64,000 bases of DNA. Source: Polyangiaceae bacterium. Its GTDB lineage: Bacteria; Myxococcota_A; Polyangia; Polyangiales; Polyangiaceae. The stretch is from assembly GCA_965225775.1 (NCBI GenBank), contig OZ245328.1, positions 5,564,914 to 5,628,913 of the forward strand. The letters are read 5' to 3'. The number at the start of each line of letters is the position of its first letter. Position 1 is the first letter of the stretch. Positions 54,787-64,000 of the stretch are shown here, in pieces. The notes below the pieces were generated by a model. That model searched no databases and was not told where the DNA came from. It worked only from the letters and a program-made list of their open reading frames with translations. The position numbers were made by a program, and so were the translations under genes.

Positions 54787-56211
54787 TCATGGTGGCGCGA
54801 GATCGCGATCCTTCTTCATGGCCTTCGCGGCCACGTCGTCCGGCAAAAACGAGTAGTTCGAGCCGATCATGCCGATCAGGTTCCAGCGCGAAACAGTGGA
54901 GGTCACGCTGCCCGCGCTCGAGACCGCGTCGAGCGTGAACGCACCCGACGAGACCTTGGTCTCGGCCGACCCGTACGAAAACGAGAGCCCGAACGTGCCG
55001 CGTGTCTGCGCGCCGAGCAAGGTGAGCGCGAGGCTCCCGCCGAACATGTCGATGTGATCTTCGTTGGTCGATCGCCTCGGCACCGAAGAGAGATCGGTGA
55101 ACGCGCCGACCTCGACCGCCACGTCGGGCGTGATGCGCACCTCCGCCCCCACGTTGACGTTGGGCTGCACCACGCGCTCGAGAGTGAGGGGGGCAGCGTC
55201 CGCTCGGGGTGCCCCGTCGACGCGCTGAGGGACGACGCCCGAGGCAATCTTGATCGAGCGAGGCAGGTTCACCGAAGCGTCGGCCGACAGCGTGTACCCC
55301 TTTCCGAGACACGCGGCTCCGAAGGCGAATCGCAGGGGAAATCCAGCCCCACTCGTGCCGGAGAAACGAACCGGCGTGGCGTCGATCGAAGGACCCGAGG
55401 CGTCCAGCGTCGCCGACGCCACGTTGTAGCTCTGTCGATACGAGCCGTACACGTCCCACGTCGGCGTCGTGAGCTGCCAACCGAGCGCGAACGACCGCGT
55501 GGGCGTCCAGCGCACGCCGACCTTCGCGCGAAGCCCGATGGCGAAGGTCTCGGCCTCGGTGCTCGCGGAGACGAACTCGTTTCCCGCGACGCCGGGGATC
55601 GCGAGCGGTCGCGTGACGAGAAACGCCGTGGTGGTGTTCGAGGTGCGCAAGAGGCCGCCCGCCGACACACCGAGGGTGAGGTTCGAGCCCAATTGGTAGG
55701 CGTAGCCGAGGTCGCCCGCGAGCACGTCGTCGCGAATCGACGTGGTGAGGTAGTTGCGCGAGGCCGCGTTGGTCGGCTCGGATTTCAGGGAAATCGAAGC
55801 GGGAACCGTGACCAAGAAGCCGAACGTCTGACGGCCTCGTCTTGTCTCCTGCTCGCCTCGCGAAACGATGTACACTGCACCTACCGCACTCGGAATCGAG
55901 TGGTAGGTGGTCGCCTTCAAGTCTTGGCCTTCGCCGAGCGCACGGGGGAGCGAGTAGCTCTGAACCATGTACGCGTTGGCGACCAGCTCGAGGTGCGAGT
56001 GTTCGGCGCAACCGAGGCCGGCCACGTTGTAGTGGAGCGCGGCTTCGTCGCAGGCGAGCGCCGTATACGCGCCGCCCATGCCGGCTGCGCGACTGCCCAT
56101 GAGGTGCGACTGGTTGTCGTACACGGTGGCGAGGCCGCCGGCCCTGGAAGGCCGCGCCGCGAAGAGCGACGACGAGAGGCACGCCGAGAGAACCACACGC
56201 CGGACGAACAT
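54787..56211 (-). CDS. outer-membrane transport protein, OmpP1/FadL/TodX-like
   Basis: 475 aa from ATG 56211; signal peptide; beta-barrel pattern; C-terminal aromatic ...IGMIGSNYSFLPD. Confidence 0.5.
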   Translation of the reverse strand: MFVRRVVLSACLSSSLFAARPSRAGGLATVYDNQSHLMGSRAAGMGGAYTALACDEAALHYNVAGLGCAEHSHLELVANAYMVQSYSLPRALGEGQDLKATTYHSIPSAVGAVYIVSRGEQETRRGRQTFGFLVTVPASISLKSEPTNAASRNYLTTSIRDDVLAGDLGYAYQLGSNLTLGVSAGGLLRTSNTTTAFLVTRPLAIPGVAGNEFVSASTEAETFAIGLRAKVGVRWTPTRSFALGWQLTTPTWDVYGSYRQSYNVASATLDASGPSIDATPVRFSGTSGAGFPLRFAFGAACLGKGYTLSADASVNLPRSIKIASGVVPQRVDGAPRADAAPLTLERVVQPNVNVGAEVRITPDVAVEVGAFTDLSSVPRRSTNEDHIDMFGGSLALTLLGAQTRGTFGLSFSYGSAETKVSSGAFTLDAVSSAGSVTSTVSRWNLIGMIGSNYSFLPDDVAAKAMKKDRDLAPP

Positions 56212-56356
56212 GCCGCGCGAGTATCGAAGGGCGTGTCCGCGCCGACAAGATGCATGTTCGACGACCCGAGCTTCTCCACGAAATTCAGCCAAATCCCTCA
56301 TCTTTCGACGATCCGAGCGGGAACCTTCGACGCGGCGGCGGTGTCGGAGAGCGCCC

Positions 56357-58201
56357 ATGAAGCTGCCCTCGCGCTCGCGCCGTTCGTTCCTCGGGTCCTT
56401 CGGACCTGTCGCGCTCCTCGGCGCGTTCGCCACGGTGCTCCCGATCGACGAAGCACGCGCCGACAGCTGCTTCGCGGACGGCCCCCCGAACACCACAGCG
56501 GCCTCGGCGACCGAAGCCCTCGCGTCGGCGGAGCGCGCGCTCGCGGCCTCGCAACCGGAAGAAGCCGCCATCGGCTTCCGAGCCCTCGCCCTGCGCGAGC
56601 CCTCGACCGAGCTCGGCGCTCGGGCCGCGCTCCGCTACGTCGAGACCACGACGCGCATCGCCACGAGCTCGGAGCGCAGACGCGAACCTTGCTTCGATCG
56701 CCTGTCCGCCGACCTCCCTCGCGTGATCGAGCTGCACTGCCGGAGCGCGAGCACGAGCAAAGCCCCTTCCACCTGCGAGACGCTCGATCGCGTTCGGGTC
56801 GACCTCGGCCGGCTGCACGCGGAGAGAAAGGTCGCACTCGCGGACAAGACGAACGGCTCCGAGGCCAAGCGCCTCTACGAACAGGCCGCCGAAACCTACA
56901 TGCTCGCGTTCCGAGAGCATTGCACGACCTCCACGACGGTCTCGCCGAGCCTTCACTGCGACGAGCTCGCGTACAACGCCGCGCACGCGTTTCGCGCGGC
57001 CGGTCTCTCGACCCGCGCCATCGATGCGCACAAATCGCTCGTGGTCTTCGACGACGTACGCAAGGGCCAATCGCCACTCGCCCGAAAGTCCCTCTACGAG
57101 CTCGGCGCGCTCTACCGCGCACTGACGCTGTACGAGAGCGCAGCCGAGTTTTTCGAGCTCTACGCGAGCCGCGCAGAGGCCGAGCGCGAAGCACCGGCAG
57201 CCTTGTCGGACGCCATCGTGATGCGCCTCGCCCTCGGAGACGTCGAGCGAGCCACGAAAGACGTGGACACCTTCGTGCAGCTCTTCGCTGGCTCGAAGCC
57301 CGTGCTCACGGCGGACGCGATCTTCGTGCTCGCTGCACACGCGAAAGAGCACGGGGACACGGAGCGAGCCTTGGCCATCTTGAAGGGAAAGGAAGCCCTC
57401 TTCGAGCGTTCACCCGTCGACCTGCGAATCCGTGAGACGGCCCTTCGCGCGCGCGCCCATGCCGAGACCCCCGAGACGGCCGAGCTCGCGAGAGGCGAGT
57501 ACGCCATGGTCGTCTCGATGTGGGGAACCGGAGCTGAGGCGCTGAAGAGCCTCCAGCACGAGTACCCGGAAGCCGACGAATCCCAGCGGCTTCGTCGACT
57601 CGGCAAGTCGCTCGACGCGGTCGGCGAGGCCCTTTTCGCGGCCGCCGAAGACGAACGTCTGGCGCACGTCGAGACCGTGAAGCCTGGCGTGTACGCAGGG
57701 CCCAACGACGGCGCCGCCATCCTTCGCTACGTGAAGAGGACCGTGCCCGGCTGGGCGCAGAAGCGTCGAACCGCCATCCAACGAGCCGAGGCGCTCTACC
57801 GTCGGATCACCGAGCTCTCGCCGGTCCCGCCCCCGCGATGGACGGTGGACGCGACGGCGCGCGTCGCCGGTATGTGGGCCTCGTTCTCGAGCGACTATTT
57901 CCTCGTGGTTCCGAAGAGGATGAGCCACCCACCGAACGCGGACGTAAGCTCGATTGAGCTGCTCGATCTCGCAGGCGCCGGAGCGGTCCGAGCCGATCAC
58001 GCGAAGCCCGCGTACCAGCAGTGCGTGATGCTCTCGGTGCGCTACCAGTACGCGGACGAGCTTACGAAAGGCTGCGAGCGCTGGCTCGTCGGGCGGAGGC
58101 TTCTCTCCCCGACCGACGAGCTCGTGCCCGGCCTCCGGACAAGCTCACCCGTCACGTTCGCGCCGTTGACCGAGAGGTCGCACGAAACGGAAGCTCGCTG
58201 A
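56357..58201 (+). CDS. Tat-signal secreted helical/TPR-like repeat protein, hypothetical
   Basis: ATG 56357; twin-arginine SRRSFLGSFGPVALLGAFA; Ala/Leu-rich helical repeats. Confidence 0.5.
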   Translation: MKLPSRSRRSFLGSFGPVALLGAFATVLPIDEARADSCFADGPPNTTAASATEALASAERALAASQPEEAAIGFRALALREPSTELGARAALRYVETTTRIATSSERRREPCFDRLSADLPRVIELHCRSASTSKAPSTCETLDRVRVDLGRLHAERKVALADKTNGSEAKRLYEQAAETYMLAFREHCTTSTTVSPSLHCDELAYNAAHAFRAAGLSTRAIDAHKSLVVFDDVRKGQSPLARKSLYELGALYRALTLYESAAEFFELYASRAEAEREAPAALSDAIVMRLALGDVERATKDVDTFVQLFAGSKPVLTADAIFVLAAHAKEHGDTERALAILKGKEALFERSPVDLRIRETALRARAHAETPETAELARGEYAMVVSMWGTGAEALKSLQHEYPEADESQRLRRLGKSLDAVGEALFAAAEDERLAHVETVKPGVYAGPNDGAAILRYVKRTVPGWAQKRRTAIQRAEALYRRITELSPVPPPRWTVDATARVAGMWASFSSDYFLVVPKRMSHPPNADVSSIELLDLAGAGAVRADHAKPAYQQCVMLSVRYQYADELTKGCERWLVGRRLLSPTDELVPGLRTSSPVTFAPLTERSHETEAR

Positions 58202-59449
58202 CTACTTGATGATCACACCCGACGAAGAGTCGTTGCACACGGCGACCTCGAGCAGCACGCCGAGGAGCGCTCGCTCCTGCGGGCTCAGCTGCGCCGAGAA
58301 GGGCTCGGTGTGGTACGTGCTGAAGAGCACGCGTCCGCAGCCCTGCTCGAAGCTCACGGTGGCCGGCTTGGCGGGCGCGCCCGCCTTCGAACCGCTGACC
58401 CACACGCGCGGCGTCACGGTCTTGCCTGCGCCGTCGGTGACCGGCGAGACCCGGTCGATGTTGGTGTAGTTGCGCTGGAGGGTGAACGTCTGCAGGCTCT
58501 GCGCGTTCATCCAGGAAGCGAGCCCGGTGTCGTTCACCGTAGCCTGCGCGTCGTACGCGATGTGCTCGCAGCCCGAGCACGCGGACTGGCTCGCGCCGGC
58601 GAAGCTCACGAAGCCCGGGAAGGTGCGCGCGAGGAAGTCGTAGTGCCAATCGGTCACGTAGAGGCGCCCGCCCGCTTGCACGAACGACCTCAAATTGTCC
58701 TGGATCGTCTTGTCGGCCGAGAGATCCGTGTTGGGAGCGGGCTGCGTGAAATCGCCGCAGGGCAAGAACACGATGTGGCGATCGTCGACGCGCGTCTTGT
58801 TCGTGAGGAACGCGCGCGCCGCTTCACCGACGAGCGGGCTCTGCACGATCTCGATGGCCGACGGGTCGATGCCGAGCTTCTGCAGCGAGGCCTCGATCTC
58901 GTCGTACGCGCCGTGCACCACGGTCATACGCGGGACTTCGTCGCCGGTGGCCGCGTCCGACTTGCCGGGCAGGGTCGAGAGCGTAGTGGGGAGACGCTCT
59001 TCGCCCTTCGAGACGTAGATCTCGCGCACGCGACGGAAGCCGCCCTTTTGGATCACGATGAACTGGGTACCGACCTCGGTCAGCTCGAGCGAGAACTGGC
59101 CCTTTTCGTCGGCGATGGCGTGCGGCGTCTTGGGCGCGAGGGTCACGCACGAGTCGCAGAACACCTTCTGCGGCGTGGGCTCGGGCTTTGTCTTCGCGAC
59201 GTACACGAGCGCCCCCGCAACCGGCACGGTGCCGTTCGGCGCGAACACGGTACCCGTGAGTTTGGCCACCACGGCCGTCGGCGACCCGATTTCACCGCCG
59301 AAGCCGGGAGTCGACCCGCTCGGAGCAGGGGTCCCCGTGCCCGGCGTGGTCGACGACGGGTCCTCGTCCGGAACCGTATCGCGCACTTGCGATGCACAAC
59401 CGACAGCGAAAGCCACGAGGGCGACGAACGGGAGGACGCGTCGAATCAT
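58202..59449 (-). CDS. lipoprotein with carboxypeptidase-regulatory-like beta-sandwich domain, hypothetical
   Basis: ATG 59449; lipobox VGCAS; GTVFAPNGTVPVAGALVYVA resembles CarbopepD_reg-like fold. Confidence 0.5.
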   Translation of the reverse strand: MIRRVLPFVALVAFAVGCASQVRDTVPDEDPSSTTPGTGTPAPSGSTPGFGGEIGSPTAVVAKLTGTVFAPNGTVPVAGALVYVAKTKPEPTPQKVFCDSCVTLAPKTPHAIADEKGQFSLELTEVGTQFIVIQKGGFRRVREIYVSKGEERLPTTLSTLPGKSDAATGDEVPRMTVVHGAYDEIEASLQKLGIDPSAIEIVQSPLVGEAARAFLTNKTRVDDRHIVFLPCGDFTQPAPNTDLSADKTIQDNLRSFVQAGGRLYVTDWHYDFLARTFPGFVSFAGASQSACSGCEHIAYDAQATVNDTGLASWMNAQSLQTFTLQRNYTNIDRVSPVTDGAGKTVTPRVWVSGSKAGAPAKPATVSFEQGCGRVLFSTYHTEPFSAQLSPQERALLGVLLEVAVCNDSSSGVIIK

Positions 59450-59613
59450 GAGCGCCGGTCTACTTCCCGGCCGCTTACCGCGCCGCTTACACAGCACTTA
59501 CATGGGAGCCACGATTTAGGGCGATTTCCGCACCAATCGACGAGACCTGTGTACCCTAGGTCGACGCACCCCGGCATGTCCAGGCGACTCGGCCGGAGCG
59601 AGCGGGAGGCCAT

Positions 59614-62208
59614 TTGGACGACGGTTCGCGAAACTTCTTCGGCCGAGACGGCGAGCTCGATCTCGTTCGGTCGAGCCTTTCTGCGAATCGCCTGGTCACC
59701 GTTCTCGGAGCACCCGGTGTCGGAAAGTCGGCGCTCGTCGCGCGGGTCGGCTCGAGGAGCGCGCGCGAGACCTTCCTGCGCGCCGATTGCACACGAGTGA
59801 AGACCCTGGTCGAGGTGAGGCAAGCCGTCGCGCGGGGCGCCGACGGTGCCGAGGCCTTCGCGGGGTTCTTGGGCAAGCTCGGCAAGCCCGTGGTAGTGCT
59901 CGACGAAGCCGACGCCCTGGGCGACGAAGCCGCCGCGATCGCCAAAGCGGTGCTCGCAGCCTCGCGCGAGGTGCGGGTGCTCGTGGCCACGCGGGAACGC
60001 CTCCGGCTCGCGGGGGAAGCGGTGGTGCACCTCGCCCCTCTCGACCTCCCGGACGAGACCTCGGACCCCGACGAAGCTACACAAGCCGCGTCGATGGCGC
60101 TGTTCGTGGCGCGAGCACGCGAAGCCGACGCGCGCTTCCGTCTCGACCGCGAGTCGACCCCCATCGCCGTGCGCATCGTGCGTGCACTCGAAGGGCTTCC
60201 GCTCTCGATCGAGCTCGCAGCGGCGAGGCTCGCCGTGCTCGATCTGGTCACGCTCGAGCACGCGGTGCACGAGGGTGCGCCGTTCGAAGACGCCACTCTC
60301 GACGTCCCGGAACGGGCCCGCTCGCTCGAGGCCTGCCTCCGCCCGAGCCTCGCGTCACTCGATTCGAAGAGCCTGCGCGCGCTGAGCGTTCTCGCTCAGT
60401 TTCCCTCGGAATTTTCCCTAGAGAGTGCGCTCGCGGTCCTCGGTGGAAGGGAGGCTCCCGAGGGCCTCGCGGAAGCCACGCGCGAGCTCGAGCGCTTGCG
60501 GGAGAAGTCGCTGCTCGACGTGGACTCGCCCTCGGGAGCGCGCGGGAGATCGATCCGCATGCTGCGCGCGGTGCGGGACGCTGCTCGCGCGCGATCGACG
60601 CCCGACCTCGAGCGATCCTACGTCGCGCGACTCGCCGCCCTCGCCACGGAGCGGGTGCGTGCCCGCGGAGGACCGCTCGCGCTCGCGCGGACCAATCACG
60701 GCGACGAGCACGTCGAGAGCTCCGGGTTCGCTCGTGGATTCGAGCTCGCACGCGGGCACGGCCATCTCGAGGCCATGGCCGAGCTCACCCTGGGGACGAG
60801 CGCCACCTTCCTCGGCAAGGGACCTCTCGCGCGCTTCGAGGAAATGCTCGATGAAGTCGTCGCGCGAGAAGCGGAGCTCGGTGAGGAGCTTCGCGCCGAT
60901 CTCCGACTCTCGCGCGGCCAAGCTCGACTCTCCGGTGGCACGCGAGACGCGGCGATCGAAGACTTCGAGCGCGCCCGGAGCGAAGGCTCGAGAACCACAC
61001 GCGCCATCGCCACGAGCAAGCTCGCCTTGGTGCGTGGTCTTCGCAGCCAGTTCACCGAGGCACACGCGCTCTTCGACGAAGCACGCGAGCTGCTCGTCGG
61101 GGTGGATCGCCCCGACCTCGAGGGCCGCCTCCACAAGGATCGCGCGAACGTCTACGCCGAAGAAGGACGCGACGAAGCGTACGCCGAGCTTTTGTCCGCC
61201 AAGGCGTGCTTCGAGCGCTCCCGCGAGCCTCGGGAGAGCGCGTTCGTGAGCCTGTTGCTCGGCACCCGTCACTGCGACGACGGCAAGCTCGAGCTCGCGC
61301 GTCGCGCCTGCGACGACAGCATCGAGCTGTTCCGCCAGGTGGGCGACGAGCGCTCGGTAGGTTGGGCGTACACCATCCTCGGCCTGGTCGAACAAGAGTC
61401 ACGCGCGTTCGGCATGGCCCGTGAGCGTTTCTCCCAAGCCGTGGAGGTTGCGCGAAAGGTCGGCGATCGCCACACGGAAGGCCTGATCGAGGCCTATTTC
61501 GCCGGTCTCGAGCTCGAGCTCGGCGAGCTCGACGAAGCCGCAGCCAGAGCGAACGAGGCCGTCCGAGCGATCGAGGCCGCGGGCGACAAGCACGGTACGT
61601 CGGTGGTGCAGGCCGTCTTGGCCGTGGCGCTTCACAAATCGGGACGCTCGGTCGAAGCCGAAGAAGCCATCGCGAGCGCGCGCGCCGCCGCCGCCGGAGA
61701 CGGTCGAGAGGCTCGTAGGATCGCCGTCGAGGTGCTCGCGCTCACCCTCGCAGAGGACATCGCGCAGAGCGCCGTCGATGGGCTCGTCGAGGGAAAAAAA
61801 CCGGTCGAGGAGCTCCGTTTCGCGCTCCGCATCGTCGCCAAAGGGCGCGGCAGCACGGAGCGTCCTCGCATTTCGGAGGAGCTGGTGGTCGGGCCCTCGC
61901 AGGCGTGGGTCCGCACACCGACCTCGGTGGTCGAGCTCGCCAAACGCCCGGTGCTGCGCCGACTCTTCCAAGCACTGGCGAAAGAGCGCGCGAGCTCCCC
62001 CGGCAAGCCGGTCCCCGCGACCAAGCTCGTCCGACTCATGTGGCCGAACGAGAAGATCGTGCCTCGCGCGGCGATGAACCGGCTCTACGTCGCGGTCACT
62101 CGCCTCCGGGAAGAAGGCCTCGGCCCTGCCCTCGCGCGCGAGGGCGACGGTTACCTCTTGCGACCCGACGTTGCGATTCGAGCGGCAAAACCAGGCGAAA
62201 GCCGCTAA
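59614..62208 (+). CDS. STAND-like P-loop ATPase + TPR repeats + C-terminal OmpR/PhoB-type winged-helix DNA-binding domain (864 aa)
   Basis: TTG start; Walker A VLGAPGVGKSAL, Walker B VVVLDEAD; TPR-like helical repeats; C-term KLVRLMWPNEKIVPRAAMNRLYVAVTRLR...GYLLRPD (trans_reg_C-like). Confidence 0.7.
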   Translation: MDDGSRNFFGRDGELDLVRSSLSANRLVTVLGAPGVGKSALVARVGSRSARETFLRADCTRVKTLVEVRQAVARGADGAEAFAGFLGKLGKPVVVLDEADALGDEAAAIAKAVLAASREVRVLVATRERLRLAGEAVVHLAPLDLPDETSDPDEATQAASMALFVARAREADARFRLDRESTPIAVRIVRALEGLPLSIELAAARLAVLDLVTLEHAVHEGAPFEDATLDVPERARSLEACLRPSLASLDSKSLRALSVLAQFPSEFSLESALAVLGGREAPEGLAEATRELERLREKSLLDVDSPSGARGRSIRMLRAVRDAARARSTPDLERSYVARLAALATERVRARGGPLALARTNHGDEHVESSGFARGFELARGHGHLEAMAELTLGTSATFLGKGPLARFEEMLDEVVAREAELGEELRADLRLSRGQARLSGGTRDAAIEDFERARSEGSRTTRAIATSKLALVRGLRSQFTEAHALFDEARELLVGVDRPDLEGRLHKDRANVYAEEGRDEAYAELLSAKACFERSREPRESAFVSLLLGTRHCDDGKLELARRACDDSIELFRQVGDERSVGWAYTILGLVEQESRAFGMARERFSQAVEVARKVGDRHTEGLIEAYFAGLELELGELDEAAARANEAVRAIEAAGDKHGTSVVQAVLAVALHKSGRSVEAEEAIASARAAAAGDGREARRIAVEVLALTLAEDIAQSAVDGLVEGKKPVEELRFALRIVAKGRGSTERPRISEELVVGPSQAWVRTPTSVVELAKRPVLRRLFQALAKERASSPGKPVPATKLVRLMWPNEKIVPRAAMNRLYVAVTRLREEGLGPALAREGDGYLLRPDVAIRAAKPGESR

Positions 62209-62218
62209 GTCCGGGGCC

Positions 62219-63313
62219 ATGAGCCTCACCGTCGTCCAGGCCGCCGACTTGCCCGCCCCCGCTCGCGTCCTCCACGAGGCCTTGTCGAAGCTCGCCCCGG
62301 TCGAAGCGAGCTCGACAACGGTGATGGAAGGCAAGCCGGTCGCGTACGCCGTAGCGGCGAAGCTGGACGATCACGCGATTGCGGTCGCCACCTCGGTGGG
62401 CGAGCCGAAAGTACGTGCAGTCCTCAAGCTCGCGGGCACGCCGATCGAAGCGATGATCGTGGTGCGATCGCTCGTGCATCGAAGCCCGAAGCGCCTCGTC
62501 TCGGACGGCCTCGTGCCCGCGGACTTCGCCGATCTCGAAGAGGTCCCACTCGAGCTCTGTTCGCCTCAGTACGTGGTCGACACGAACGAGACGTTCGGCC
62601 TCGAGCTGCCGGGGCTCGTGTCCGTGGTCGGGTGCAACTGGGCCGAGATGGCCGAAGACCCGGAGGCCCGCCCGGCGCTCGTGGCCGCGCGCTGCAAGAC
62701 GGGCATCACGAACGACGCGCTCTCGCCTCTGAACGGCACGATCGCCGGCATTTCCAGGGCGATCCGCAAAGCCAAGGCTCCCATCTTGGACGACGCGGCC
62801 TGGGCGCTCGAGACCCTGGTGGAGGATCACCCGGAAGAGGTCCGCGCGTGCCTGCAGGAGCTCGTGCTGCTCGAGGGTCTCACCGAAGACCGGCTCGAGA
62901 TCGTGGGCGCGCTCGTCGACTCAACCAACGAGGCGCTCGTCGAGCTCGTGGACAGCCTCCCCGCGGACGGAAGCCCGCGCGTGGTGCTCTGCCAGCTCCG
63001 CCTCGACAGCATCGCGCCCGCCGGTCAGGGGCGCGTGGTGGTGGTCTACTTTTACCCCGCGCTCCATTCCGATAAGACCAAGCTCGAGCGCCGCCATCCG
63101 GAGCGCCCACTCGGCGATCTCGCGGCCAAACGAGGCTTCGCCGAGGTGGACGCCGTGCTCGAAAAGCACCGGGGAACCGTGCTCGAGGCCCTCGCCGCCC
63201 GCGAAGGGCTGAAGCTCCAGCGCGGCTTCCACGCCGACGTATCGCTGCAAGATGCACGCGCTTCGTTCGTGGAAGACGGCTTCGTCCCGGTGCTGCTCGT
63301 GCTCGATCCGTGA
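62219..63313 (+). CDS. hypothetical protein (364 aa), downstream of and co-directional with ATPase-TPR-wHTH gene
   Basis: ATG 62219, 10 bp after upstream stop; no recognisable motifs. Confidence 0.45.
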   Translation: MSLTVVQAADLPAPARVLHEALSKLAPVEASSTTVMEGKPVAYAVAAKLDDHAIAVATSVGEPKVRAVLKLAGTPIEAMIVVRSLVHRSPKRLVSDGLVPADFADLEEVPLELCSPQYVVDTNETFGLELPGLVSVVGCNWAEMAEDPEARPALVAARCKTGITNDALSPLNGTIAGISRAIRKAKAPILDDAAWALETLVEDHPEEVRACLQELVLLEGLTEDRLEIVGALVDSTNEALVELVDSLPADGSPRVVLCQLRLDSIAPAGQGRVVVVYFYPALHSDKTKLERRHPERPLGDLAAKRGFAEVDAVLEKHRGTVLEALAAREGLKLQRGFHADVSLQDARASFVEDGFVPVLLVLDP

Positions 63314-63570
63314 AGAAGATCGCCAAATCCGACGCCCGGGAAGCCCTTACATGCCGTGGAAGAGCATCACCGGACTCGGGAGATGCTCGTACAGGCTCTG
63401 CAACCGCGACTCCGGACCTCCGGACATGCTCATGCAGAGGCTGCAAGAGCTTCTCCGAAGTCCGCTTACGCCCTTACAGAGACAGTCAGAGCCTATGTGG
63501 AGGTCCGGATATTCTCTTGCAGAGCCTGGAAGCGCTTCCCGGACCGGATATTCGACGTACGCAGCTTCAA

Positions 63571-64000
63571 TCACTCCGCGGTCGCGCTCTGCAGGAGCAG
63601 CACCATGTGACGAGCCTTGAGCGTCACGAGCTGTCCGGGGAACGGCTGCGTGCCGTCGACCGGGACGTCGGTCGTGCGGGGCTCGCCGTCGAAGTAGAGC
63701 GTGATGCCGGTCTCGGCTTCGACCTTCGGCAGGGGGATGACGAGATCCGCGAACGCCGTCGTGAAGGCGCGCGTCTCGGTGGGGTTTTGCGCCGGCGTCC
63801 ACGTGACCTCGATGGGCTTGGTGGTGCTGGTGGGCGAGGCGTCTCCTGGCGCCATGAAGAGCGTCAAGTTCACCGTATTTTTGGGCGCGACGCCCTCGAA
63901 CTGGCCGGCGCGCAGCGCGTAGCGGAGCCTCAGGTTCTTGCTTCCTGCGGCAATGCGAAGGCCCATCTTCGAGCCCTGCGAGACACGCAAACAGGCCGGG
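63571..64000 (-). CDS. partial CDS (C-terminal portion; start beyond window end), hypothetical secreted-type beta-rich protein
   Basis: Open minus-strand frame running to window edge; stop at 63571. Confidence 0.4.
   Translation of the reverse strand, partial: PACLRVSQGSKMGLRIAAGSKNLRLRYALRAGQFEGVAPKNTVNLTLFMAPGDASPTSTTKPIEVTWTPAQNPTETRAFTTAFADLVIPLPKVEAETGITLYFDGEPRTTDVPVDGTQPFPGQLVTLKARHMVLLLQSATAE

Noticed and set aside
1-64000. Mobile elements, prophage, rRNA/tRNA genes
   Set aside because: No transposase, integrase, recombinase or phage structural motifs seen. No long GC-poor structured stretches resembling rRNA. No obvious tRNA cloverleaf candidates in the intergenic gaps inspected, though I cannot run tRNAscan.

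Overview
This 64 kb window is high-GC (about 70%) bacterial chromosome, almost certainly from a myxobacterium (Myxococcota). The evidence is a MYXO-CTERM sorting tag, a eukaryotic-like Ser/Thr kinase paired with a PP2C phosphatase, sigma-54 enhancer-binding proteins, zinc-ribbon N-termini, and many Ala/Arg-rich spurious antisense ORFs typical of GC-rich DNA. I call about 57 protein-coding genes and find no rRNA, tRNA, CRISPR array, transposase or integrase.

Coding content, in order along the window:
- Cell-envelope genes: an MltD-like LysM lytic transglycosylase, an LpxL-like acyltransferase, a VanW protein and a cNMP-binding membrane protein.
- A Ser/Thr kinase whose stop overlaps the start of an HpcH/CitE-like aldolase-fold protein. 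It is convergent with a urate-to-allantoin catabolic operon (allantoinase, OHCU decarboxylase, HIU hydrolase) that has no urate oxidase in the window.
- A tightly overlapped four-gene operon: membrane protein, DUF2071, SDR and a HExxH metalloprotease.
- A secreted GH13 amylase.
- An ECF41-type sigma factor, co-transcribed with an FAD oxidoreductase.
- An MTAP gene.
- A membrane-microdomain cluster: a TerB-DUF697 fusion, a minimal K-channel-like protein, and the NfeD (YqiJ) plus flotillin (YqiK) pair.
- A giant 1839-aa P-loop NTPase with a PilZ-like C-terminus. It is followed by two single-domain response regulators and sits beside an orphan histidine kinase and an NtrC-type sigma-54 activator.
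- A PP2C phosphatase.
- Two PHB-depolymerase-family esterases.
- A 649-aa radical-SAM enzyme with an N-terminal zinc-ribbon/rubredoxin-like motif. It is in operon with a secreted esterase and lies next to a carotenoid-cleavage oxygenase and a FadL-like outer-membrane channel.
- A STAND-like ATPase-TPR-wHTH regulator.

Non-coding features:
- A family of hairpin-containing intergenic repeats at 4.56-4.90 kb and 6.4-6.6 kb.
- Two candidate sigma-54 promoters, one a strong TGGCAT-N5-GTGCA match upstream of a DUF1328 gene that is divergent from the NtrC-like gene.
- Several intrinsic terminators.
- A structured, low-GC intergenic region at 63.3-63.6 kb.

Most novel candidate: the giant NTPase/PilZ-like protein with its two REC genes (33.3-39.8 kb) and the adjacent HK/NtrC pair.
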